Source of the DNA: Okamejei kenojei
Taxonomy: Eukaryota
NCBI GenBank assembly: GCA_035221665.1
Contig: CM069134.1
Location: 23,250,001-23,314,000 of the forward strand
Direction: 5' to 3'
DNA length: 64,000 bases
A program made the translations under genes and the position numbers. Shown one piece after another: positions 1-10,694 of this stretch. Each line of letters starts with the position of its first letter. Within the stretch, counting starts at the first letter, position 1. Below the pieces are notes generated by a model that saw nothing but the letters and a program-made list of their open reading frames with translations, made no database searches and had not been told where the DNA came from.

Positions 1-149
1 GAGAATGCGAACCAGGAAAAGCATTAGAACCAGAATCTTATTTGTCAATTTATGCTACTTCAGAATGTATTGACTGTTACTGAGGAATTCCCATGGATAT
101 ACTGGTTTTGATAATAAAACTTCCCCAATGGATAAAAGATGGTTGCAGG

Positions 150-700
150 AGAGAGATAACAATGGGGCAGGCAATCCTAAAGATATTTGTTGCTTTTTTA
201 AAAAAATAGTGGTGACTTCCCCGGGAAAGGTTAGGACTCTTAATGAAAATATTTAAATCAAGTTTCCGTAAGCAGGAAATTCTCATGGAGTGTTTCCAAA
301 GAGAAATCTTGATGCAGTTTGCTCGAAAGGCCAACCCTTTTGGAACTTATGTGAAGGGAGATCCTCAAGTGGTTCTAAGGAGGAAATAAATCTGGAGTGC
401 ATTGAAGAGGAATCGTTCTCGGGGTGTGTCAGAAGGAACATTTTTGTGGGCTGTGCTGTATCAATTGGAAATCTTATGGAATGCACTGAGGAGAAAATAC
501 CCTGGATTGGGTTTGCGGATATTTTTGTTACATACTCTGGGTGGAAGAGTGCTCATAATCTACTTGAGAATATTTATACTAAAATGTGCGTTGATTTAGA
601 GGAGAATTTCAAGCAGTATTACTAACTGTTTTTAAAGGACTGTCAAGAGTTGACAAAAGTTTTTTTAATAATACACTGTTGTGTTTGACTGCATATTGAT
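150..700 (+). mobile_element. Possible highly decayed L1/Tx1-type LINE C-terminal fragment
   Basis: Scattered peptide remnants (ILMEC; FLWAVLYQLEILWNALRR) resemble Tx1 ORF2 C-termini; weak. Confidence 0.25.
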
Positions 701-979
701 ACAGAGACGCCAAATATCAGCATACACTGAATTTAAAAAGATAACGATTACACTGATTTGCATTGAAAGCAACACAGCATTTGGTCAGGAAGTGCAAACT
801 CTTGGATTGCAAAATCTCTGTGGATAAATCCGAAGGGGATCCTTCCGAATCTGCAGTTGATGGTGTCTCCCAAGAGATTCTCTTGCTGTCATGTGTTTCT
901 TGAATTTTATTGGGACTGTGTCAAGGGGCACAGATTATTGGGCTATTTCTGAATGTTAAACAGCAACACAAATAGATTG

Positions 980-1595
980 AATGGGAATGGTATGCTTGCC
1001 TTCTTAGATCAGGACATTGCATGCTGTAACTTTATGAAACTTTAGTTGGGCCACCTTTGGAGGATTGCGTGCAATTCTGATTGGCCCTTTGAAGGAAGCA
1101 TGTGGAGACTTTAGAGAACGTGCAGAAGAGGTTTACCAATGTGATGTTTGAATTAGAGAGCATTAGCTATAAGGAGAGGTTGGACAAATTTGGATTGTTT
1201 TCTCTGGAGCGTTGGAGGCTGAGGGGGAGGTCTGATGGAAGTAGATAAAATTATGAGAACATAGACAGTCAGAACCTTTTTTTCCCAGAATAGAAATATC
1301 AAAGCTGAAAGGGCATAGATTTAAAGTGAGAGGGGCAAAGTTTAACGGAGCTGTGCAGAACAAGTTTTGTTTTATACACTCAGAGAGTGGTGGTTGCCTC
1401 AAAAAATGCTTCCAGGGGTGCTGGTGAAGGAATATAACAGTAGTGCCATTTTGAGGCTTTTGGATGGGCACATAGATATGCAGGGAATGGAGTGATATGG
1501 GTCACATGTGAGCAAAGGAGATTTGTTTAACTTGTCATCATGTTCGGCCTATACACTGTGGGTCAGGCCTGGGCTGTACTGCACTATGTTCTATG
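980..1595 (+). mobile_element. CR1 LINE 3' fragment (decayed)
   Basis: CR1 ORF2 end motifs (..CVQF.., VQKRFT, SYKERLDKFGLFSLE) plus 3' UTR ending ctatgttctatg. Confidence 0.85.
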
Positions 1596-1646
1596 AGATT
1601 ATGTCAATGTTTAGTGACTGTTAGTGATTATGTCAATGTTTAGTGA

Positions 1647-2550
1647 CAGACACAAAATGCTGGAATAACAGCGGGACAGGCAGCATTTATGGAGAGAAGG
1701 AATGTTTGATGTTTAGGGTCGAGATCCTTCTTCACACTGAAAGTCACGGGAAAGGGAAATTAGAGATATAGACAATGATGTAGAGAGATAAAGAACAATG
1801 AATGAAAGATATGCAAAAAAGTAATGATGATAAAGGAAACAGGCCATTGTAAGCTGTTTGTTGGATGAAAACGAGAAGCTGGTGCGACTTGGGTGGAGGA
1901 GGGATAGAGAGAGAGGGAATGCCAGGGTTACTTGAAGTTGATGAAATCAATATTCATGCCACTGGGCTGTAAGAAGCCCAAGCGAAATATGAGATGCTGT
2001 TCCTCCAATTTGCGTTTAGCCTCACTCTGACAATGGAGGAGACTTAGGACAGAAAGGTCTGTGTAGGAATGGGAAGGAGAATTAAAGCGTCCAGCAACCG
2101 GGAGATCAGGAAGGTTCAGGCGGGCAATCTATGTTTGGTCTCGCCAGTATATAAGAGTCTACATCTTGAACAATGGATACAGTAGATGAGGTTGGAGGAG
2201 GTGCAAGTGAACCGCTGCCTAACCTGAAAGGAATGTCGAGGTCGCTGGACAGAGTCAAAGGAGGAGGTATAGTGACAAGTGTTGCATCTTCTGCGGTTGC
2301 AGGGGAAGGTACCTGGGGAGGGGTTGGTTTGGGTGGGAAGGGATGAGTTAACCAGGGAGTTGCGGTGGGAACGGTCTCTGCGGAAGGCGGAAAGGGATAG
2401 AGATGGGAAGAAGTGACCAGTGTTGGGATCCCGTTGGAGGTGGCGAACATTTTAGAGGATTATGCGACTGGGGGGAGGAGGAACATGGGTGGAGCTGCAG
2501 GGTACAGAGGAGACACGAGTGAGGGCCACGGATAGGGGGGACACGGGGTA
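1647..2550 (-). mobile_element. Penelope-like element 3' part: Zn-knuckle, GIY-YIG endonuclease remnant, pLTR with decayed hammerhead
   Basis: Minus strand reads PGTFPCNRRRCNTCHYT and RQRFTCTSSNLIYCIHCSRCRLLYTGETK (GIY-YIG-type motif, ~2135-2195), then the terminal repeat at 1647-1745. Confidence 0.88.
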
Positions 2551-2551
2551 C

Positions 2552-3162
2552 CGTGTCTCCTCGGTACCCCGCAGCTCTGCCCTTGCTCCCCCTCCCCCTA
2601 ATCGCAACACAGGCAGAGTCCCCCTAGTCCTTAACTTTCACCCCATCAGTCGTTCGTTTGCACCTCCTCCAACCTCATCATGAACACCTTCGCGCAGCCC
2701 GTCTGAAACTACTTGATCTCCCGGTTGCTGGACACTTTAATTCTCCTTCCCATTCCTACACAGACATTTCTGTCCTCAGTCTCCTCCATTGTCAGTGCGA
2801 GTTTAAACGCAAATTGGAGGAACAGCATCTCATTTTTCGCTTGGGCAGCTTACAGCCCAGTGGTATGAATATTGATTTCTCTAACTCCCTCTCTCTCTAT
2901 CCCTCCCCAACCCAAATCGCACCAGCTTCTTGTTTTCACCCACAAACAGCTAACAATGGCCAGTTTCCTTTATCATCGTTATTTTTCTAACATTTCTTTT
3001 ATTCACTGGTCTTTAATTCTCTACCTGATCATCATCTATATCTCTCGTTTCCCCTTCCAGTCACTTTCAGTCTGACGGGTCTCGACCCGAAACATCACCT
3101 TCCTTCTCTCCGGAGATGCTGCCTGTACCCTTGAGTTACTCCAGCTTTTTGTATCTATCTTC
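2552..3162 (+). mobile_element. Penelope-like element 3' part, internally deleted, inverted relative to the neighbouring copy
   Basis: ORF 2658..2990 EHLR..DLPVAGHFNSPSHS..RKLEEQHLIFRLGSLQPSGMNIDF is a GIY-YIG C-terminus; pLTR at ~3066-3162. Confidence 0.88.
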
Positions 3163-3202
3163 AAATAATGCACCCCAGAACATCTCAACAAACCTTAAGG
3201 AT

Positions 3203-3512
3203 GTTTAGTTAAGTTGAGTTTAGAGATACAACGCAGAAACAGGCCCTTCAGCCCACCAAGTCCCCACCAATGAACAATCCCCATATACTAACACTATCCT
3301 TCACACACTAAGGACAATTTACCATTTTACCAAGCCAATTAACCTACAAACCTGTACATCTTTGGAGTGTGGGAGGAAACCGGAGCTCCCGGTGAAAGCC
3401 CACGTGGTCACAGGGAGAATGGACAAACTCTGTACAGACAGCGCCCGTAGTCAGGATTGAACCCAGGTCTCTGGCGCTGTAAGACAGCAACTCTACCGCT
3501 GAGCCACCTTGC
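3203..3512 (-). mobile_element. tRNA-derived V-SINE (HE1-like)
   Basis: Minus strand: A box TGGCTCAGCGG, B box GGTTCAATCC, V-domain-like ..CCGGTTTCCTCCCACACTCCAAAGA.., CR1-like tail ending in TAAAC-like repeats. Confidence 0.85.
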
Positions 3513-5799
3513 CAAGTATTTTAATGAGCGTATTTAGTGAGCAGCCTCTTTGAGATGTTCATGAATTTCTATCCAGGCCAGAATCTTTAAGGGGAGAATT
3601 GAATTACAATGTTTTCTTTTCAATTCAATACCCGTTGCCTTTTGAACTTGACACAATCAAACTCAGTAGGTTGATGGGATTAAAAAAGGACAGCTTTCAG
3701 CTTGCCCATATAAGGTCTGACCTGCAATCACTGCTGCTGTCTGCAAGGATTCTCCCTGTCCACCCTGAGCATTATATGGGTGTTTTCACTTGGAAGAAAT
3801 ATTCCCCACTCAAACAGCAGCCATTCCACATAGTTGCGAGTGTAAACTTTAGACTATCACCAATGCCCTAAAGTATTATGTTCTGGTTAAATCTGAGGTC
3901 CCTAATTGCAGCTTTTATGCCACATACTTTCTGTGCATAATTATTTTGAACTGTCATTGATTCTGAATGTTTCTGCTGAGAATTAAAAAAAACGTTTGTG
4001 AAAAATTCCATTTTTCATTTCCATTCATTCCCGAGGGCCTTGCTTAAAACCTAACACTGCAATATCAGTCTACTGTGGCTCGGTATTTTTGAAAAAAAAT
4101 CATATGTCATATAATTGGCATGATGGTTATGCCTTCTGGGTTAGCTTGTCAAGAATTCCTCTCGCCACAACCCTAGGAAAATAATAGCAGAATCAATAAA
4201 ATGGATGAGATATTTGCAGCTGTTGTGTGTCAATAAACCTGCAATAACTCTTTAGTTTGTGCTGACCAGACATGATTCTAAAACCTTCTCAGCAACATTA
4301 AACATGCTGATTTGTAAAGAGAGCAAGCACCTTCATGAAAACTAGCAGATTTGTTATTAGTTAAAAAAAAACTTTTCTTATGTTCAAAAATCTCCTCATA
4401 TTTTAAGTCATTTTTTTCCCTATTTTGTAACCTTGTTACTTTACTAATTAAAAATAGGATTCTTTTCTCACCTTCACATCTATCAAATATTCATGGCATT
4501 CCAGCTGAATGTTAAATAAATCTTGCTATTAGTGGGTGTCCTATGTGAATACACAGATAAGATCTGAAGAATGGATTCTATAATTACTGTATATTCTCTG
4601 CATGTCAAAGATGATTAATGGTGTTGGCAAGTGCCTAATATATTCTGAATTTTAATCTTCTGCACAAAACAATTTTTCAAAATAAATTTGAATGTTGTCA
4701 ATCATTTACTAAAGTTTGAAAGTTTTGTAATTCAAGACAACTCAATCAATGCTCAGCTTAAAACAAAACACCAACATTTAGCAGGAAACAAGTTTCGAAG
4801 ATAAGCCAACTGACAATCATCTGATCATCTCTATATTTATTTTTTTATTTGTCATACATGAAAGACCAAACTTGCCTTCACACAACTGGCCCAACATCAA
4901 AGTCACATGCTTCCGGCTTGGCATGATTCTAAAATATCAGTGAGCTTCAGCAACATCACACTTTCAACTGAGCATTCAGTCCTCAGGAAGGTCAACTCGT
5001 GATGTCAAGTAAACATGTTGAAACAGCAATGGCCTTTCAAGTTATTAATAATTTCATGACTCTTTGGTGAATCTTGTGAGTGTCAGCATTCCAAAGAGCC
5101 ACTTTTCTGCATAATTATTAATGTCTTGGTCTAAGAGTTCAAAAAGCTGCAAGTCGTCAGCCACACCTATCAAGTGCTACTTTTCTGATGTATAATTATG
5201 AATGTCCATCACTACAACCATATCCTAAATTCATCTATTAAATTCTTTGTCAAACAGTGGGACAAACATGGTTTTGTGCCCAGCTTCATTCATTGAGACT
5301 AAAAATATGTTTGGCTTCACAAACACATCCTGTTGTGAAAGAACATCGCAGAAACGTACAGTGAGATCACATCCAGCCAGCAACATGTAATCAACATCAA
5401 AAAGTGATGAAGGGAAACAAACATGTAAAAATTAGGACTGTTATTACTAATAATGCAGTTGAATCTTCTTGTATAGATTACCCCATCTTTGAAGGGTCAA
5501 TATTTTCATCCCTTAAAAATACAGGTTCTAATACCAGACCATTTTTTTTCATGAGTTCATTGAACAAATGGTTCACCGATTTGCACCTTTATTCCTTATC
5601 ATTACTGTCTTCCTTTCTCACTGCTGAGGCACACTGGTTTGCTTTTTTTAAAATAACTCAATTAGCTGCATTGCACAGAGCTATACATGACCAAATAATG
5701 GGAAATTAAACAAACCAACTGTGCCCTCAATAATAGTCAATTTGAAAACTTTCCAATACATCCAATTTATCAACCAATTAAAAATGCAGTCTTGGAAAC

Positions 5800-5938
5800 N
5801 NNNNNNNNNNNNNNNNNNNNNNNNNNNNNNNNNNNNNNNNNNNNNNNNNNNNNNNNNNNNNNNNNNNNNNNNNNNNNNNNNNNNNNNNNNNNNNNNNNNN
5901 NNNNNNNNNNNNNNNNNNNNNNNNNNNNNNNNNNNNNN
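5800..5938. other. Assembly gap (N run)
   Basis: Run of n. Confidence 1.
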
Positions 5939-6151
5939 ATGCTTTAGTTCAATTTCATTGTGCACATTCAGTTTGAATTTTAAGGGATGCAGCCATAATG
6001 GTCTGCATTATGCTAGCTGATTTAATTTTTCATATAATAATTTTCAATTCTGTCATTTCGAATCACAACAAACTTAGATTCATCATAAAATATTGTTTTT
6101 TGAAGCACTAAATATTGTATGCATATAAATGATCAGATCTTGTGTTCTTAC

Positions 6152-6654
6152 CTTGTACAGCTTGACTGCTGCCTCGTGCCTATGGTTGGTGCAATGAAGA
6201 CGCAACTTATCCACACTGTTAGTATAATAGTCACAGGCATTGCATTTCAGATGCACGGGATTCCCAATAGCTACACACTTCAGCCTCCATTCATTAGGTT
6301 TGCCACCTTCTCTGATGTGGGCCACCAGCTGATACTTCTGCATGTGTTTGTCTGTCTTACAATGGAGTTGAAAGTTGGCCTTCAGCTGAGTGTTGTAGTT
6401 GCAGAGCTTACACTGGTAGACATCTCCAATCACAGCCTTCCACTCCTCTTCAGGGAGTGAACGTTCATTGTTCACATGCAAGCTCAGGGCCTCCAGGCTG
6501 TCGGAGGTAAATCTGTTGCAGACAGCACACTGGAACAACCTCAGAGAAGGGTCATTGATGTAAGGTGAAATCTCGCCGGCAGTAAGGAAGGACAGGTCGT
6601 CGCCCACTAGCTGACCACTTGCAAGCCTCATTTCAGGTGGTAGCTCGCTAGTAA
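6152..6654 (-). CDS. ZFHX4: ZFHX4 exon 3 (503 nt)
   Basis: Polypyrimidine acceptor ..ctcttctctttgcag|TTACT at 6654 joins exon 2 in phase (G+TT=V; [16 protein letters not shown]). Fingers [58 protein letters not shown]. Donor AAG|GTAAGA (G at 6151, phase 0). Confidence 0.96.
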
Positions 6655-7362
6655 CTGCAAAGAGAAGAGAATCAGAAGGAAACAGTTTGCTGTTAAAGTC
6701 CAAAAACACATCCTATGAAGCAGAAACAGAGAGGAATTGCTTGAAAAAAAAACCTTGGGGAGTTTGCTTTCTCTGGATATTAAGCTATAAAAATCTATTA
6801 TAGGATTGAATGAGGATCAATTGCAATTATCCCTTTCAACTCCTAAATCCCCTCATCAGGTAACTTTAATTACTCCTATTGGGCATGATGTCATCCCTGA
6901 ATTTGTATTTTTAAAGGCATGTAAGTTGATGAATAACAAAGCAAAATTGTAGCACATCTACAAGGGCCCCAATTTAGTTGCACTTAACTAACAGAAGTTA
7001 CAGCAAGAATCACCAGTCCTGAAAAATTCCTGAGAGCAGCTAGCTCCCTTTCCTTCAGCGTTACTTTGCTGTAAGTGCCTCAGAAACTCTATTTACACTG
7101 CAATGCTTGCAGATCTAGAGTAGCTCCCACAAATTTCCCAGGAGTGCCAAAAGATTGCTTTGTAAAATATTACATTAAAAAAAAAATCAAAAGCATTGGT
7201 GTTAAATTCAGAATTGCAGCAGCACAACAAATGCATCCAAACTATGAACCATCTCACTTAAATGTTGCACCATCATGGTCAGCATTAAAAGAAGAATCTT
7301 TCAATAATAGAGATCACTAGATTCTCAGGACATTATTAATTGTGCAGATTTATCATTCTGAG

Positions 7363-7459
7363 GGAGACATAAAATGCTGGAGTAACTCAGCGGGACAGGC
7401 AGCATCCCTGGAGAGAAGGGATGGGTGACGTTTTGGGTCGAGACCCTTCTTCAGACTGA
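7363..7459 (-). mobile_element. Solo 97-bp Penelope pLTR/hammerhead unit with 13-bp TSD
   Basis: Same sequence as the PLE termini; flanked by ttatcattctgag (7350-7362) and ttatcatcctgag (7460-7472). Confidence 0.88.
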
Positions 7460-8070
7460 TTATCATCCTGAGCTGAGGTATTTGTCATTATATTTTTGCT
7501 TATTGTAACTACTGACATATTAAGCAGGCATTGATACAGGCCAGAGAATTTTATTTTTAAAATAATTTATTTGCCTTGACAGTTACTCAATTTCACAAAA
7601 CCAATCTAACTGAAACATAAAATCTTCAAAATAAAGTATTTTTTAGTAAGGAGAGAACAGAATGCGAACAGAAATAAAGCAAATAACATGTTTGCACAGA
7701 TATTGCACAAAGTGTAAAAACCCATCTTCCTCAGCATGAAAAGTTTTAAAGCTCAATACTTAATTAATCTACACAGTGGTCAATCATAACAAAAGGGGCT
7801 TGCAAATGTTTGGGAATTACACCAAAGGTAAAGTGAGTTTAAATACATGCATATATAAATTAACACGATGACCTTTCTGCCTAACAGAACATATATATTT
7901 GAATGCAATATTTTACAGTTAAGGAACACTCCTGATAACAGCTGGTGTTGGAAATTCACATTTAATTCTAGTGGATAAAAGATGGTTCAAAAAATGAATA
8001 GGAAATTAACAGGTTAACAAAGTGGAATGACAATTGCAAATGAAAGAAAACAATGCCAATAAGCACTGAC

Positions 8071-10648
8071 CTAGTCCTGATGCCATAGCTGAAGCTTTTG
8101 CAGGATCAAGCTGGAATGGATTTAGCATAAATTGCGGGTCAGCTGGACTTTCCAGTTTCAGACCAGTCATGCCTATGTTTTGGGCCAGATAGTACTGGTA
8201 AAGCTCGGCCTCGGCAGGTGCCAGGCCCAAGTGCAGACTGTGCTGGATTTGCTTCATGTTCTGCTGCAAGAGCATCATGTTGTGCATGTGCTTTTCACTC
8301 GTCATGTGGATGCGAAGATTCCTCGCCACGTTGGTTTCATAATCACACACCTCGCACCGCCAGGTGGGCTTTTGTTTTGGTTTGGATGGGGATGGTGTCC
8401 CGCAGTTGCTGAGGCTAGCTGTAGGTCCTGGAGCAGTGTGCACAAAGACTTGTTCTCCGCCGCCGTTCTGGAGGTTTTGAACATTGTTTAGGTGCTTGTC
8501 TGACTGCATATGAATACTGAGGTTGCCTTTGGTAGTTGTAGAGTAGTTACAAACCTCACAGCGGAAGGGTTTATAGCCACACGTGTAACTCTCACCCCTG
8601 GCTAGCCTAGGGTGAGGTTGCCCAGTCGTACAATACACACAAGAGCTGCCAGGCTCAGGGTGTTTTTCCTTCATATGTGCCTCAAGAGTTTGTTGATATT
8701 TGTAGTGCCAGTTACATTTGGGACATTTCAACGTCTTGCACGAGTTCCGTGAATGCATCATAGTCATATGGCCACCTAAAGAGCGTGATGAGCCAAGGAC
8801 CGTGTCACATTTGGGACACTCGACACTGCTTCCTGGTGGACTGTCACCTGCCCCTAGTGTGCACGGGTTACAGCTGTGCTGGTGATGAGAACCAGGACTA
8901 TCATCATCTCCATGGGTCGAGTCATTTGGTTGAGGGGTTGTGGCATGATCTTTACCGGCACCAGCAAAGTCCTTGCCACTAATGCTATAGATATTTTCAC
9001 TGCAACTATCCCTGTGTACAGGGTGCTGCTTTGCCTTATCCAAGGCATCAAAAACAGTCACCGAGGAAGATGTACCCTTTTCATTTAATTGTAGCATACT
9101 GGGCATTAAAGGAGACATAGAAATGCTTTGGTTTGAGATAGGGAAATCTTTGCTACTATTACGGTCCACTAATCCACTTGACAACAATGCCTCGTCATCA
9201 TCGAGTTCATTGGAATAGGTGTCGTCGTCTTCTTCATCATCCATTTGCTCGATGGGCTCACTTTTGATTTGTAACTCTCCATCTGGATGCAAGACAAATG
9301 CTTCTTTTGCTCTTTCACAGTTACTCTCTTGGTCCTTGCTCCCTGACAACTTGTTTGACCCATATGACGAGCGACTGAAGGAAGCTGAGGTAATTGGGGT
9401 GGTCAGAGCTGAACTAGACAATCCCCCCAGGTTTGCTTCAGCTTTGAGCACTGTGTTCCCGAGTGACTGATCTGATGAACTGGCAGTGCTCGCGCTTCCT
9501 TTCAAGAATGCAAGACCTGCCTGAAAAGAATCACCATTTTCTACATGAAATGCACTCCACAATCCACGGTAGGTTGGATCGGGACCTATGAGGTTTGCAC
9601 TAGAAAAACGTGGATGAATAGAATTTGAATTTTTTGGTTCCAGAAAGCTAATTAGAGGTTCCTTGTCTTTGCCTATCCCCTGTATGATGGCAGAAATATG
9701 CTTATTATTTAGGAGCTTCTGCTCTTCTTCATTGAGGCCCATCCGATGGTCATGCACAGCATGGGTTACAAATGACTTTACATAGCCAAAAGACAACTTG
9801 CACAAGAAACACATCAAAATAGGTTTCCTTTTCCCATCACTAACACAACCATCGAATTTGGACAAGTCCACATTGTTAGGAACATCTTTGGACACGCAGG
9901 TGTTTTTGGCCAAGCCGTCGCTGCTAAGATAATCTTTCTCACTACTATGCCGGACATCATAGACGCGGAAACTGTGCAAGACAGGACCGACTCCTGCAAA
10001 TGCTGAGGTATTTGGGAAAGCCTGTTCGGCAGGAAATTGTTTCCCGAGGGATGAAGCGATGTGAAAAGTGTTGATGACTTGCGGGTAGAACGACATAGGT
10101 GTAGCGGTTGCTTGCTCATTCTTTTCCCCAGCTGCTGTGAGCGAGTTCAGAAAAAGTGCCGAGGGAAAGAGCTTACTGTTCATTTCTGGCTGCACGTTCT
10201 TCCCACTGTCTTTGGAGTCCTCTATTATAAACGCCGACCCATCAGGTTGGTAAACTATCTCCCCTGTCAGATTCTCCACATCGCTATCCTCCAATTCACT
10301 TATCTCGCTGTCATTGTCATCCTTCAGAAGAGGAAGACGGGCATTCGGGCAGTGATGCTCCATGTATTTCTGTAAACTTGAGAAAGAAGTGGCACATTCG
10401 TTGCAAGGGATCTCTTTCGCTGAGGTAACCTGAGTGGTGGCAGCATTCTCCACGCCGAAATCCAACAAGCTTTTGCTTCTGTGCTCATCTGTTCTCAGGT
10501 TGTCATCCGTGGCGCTACTTTTCCTGTCAGCCTCCATCCCTGCAACTTTCTCTGGCACCTCATTATCAAGTTGTGTCGTTCCACATAGCTTTGAAGTGTT
10601 ATGCCCATTTTCCTGCCTAGCGATAGTAGGGGAGTCACAGGTTTCCAT
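8071..10648 (-). CDS. ZFHX4: Zinc finger homeobox protein 4, first coding exon (exon 2), 859 codons + 1 nt
   Basis: ORF begins [31 protein letters not shown], the recognisable ZFHX4 N-terminus, and contains C2H2 fingers ([101 protein letters not shown]). Donor CTAG|GTCAGT (GT at 8070-8069, phase 1); the ORF-track tail beyond it is intronic. Confidence 0.97.
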
Positions 10649-10694
10649 GGCAATTGCTACATGGGAATCTCATTTCATCCAGCCTGTCAGGGAC
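10649..10694 (-). other. ZFHX4: 5' UTR part of ZFHX4 exon 2 (46 nt)
   Basis: Acceptor ttttttgtttattcag|GTCCCTGACAGG (AG at 10696-10695); Kozak-like GCCATGG at the main start. Confidence 0.88.

Noticed and set aside
1597-1648. 22-bp duplicated gattatgtcaatgtttagtgac
   Set aside because: Both copies lie on the same side of the PLE, so it is not its TSD; local duplication.
3445-3512. tRNA-like sequence with A and B boxes
   Set aside because: It is the head of a V-SINE, not a tRNA gene.
6655-6709. N-terminal extension [10 protein letters not shown].. of ORF 6083..6709
   Set aside because: It is the intronic polypyrimidine tract upstream of the exon 3 acceptor; the C-terminal VRTQ.. is likewise intronic.
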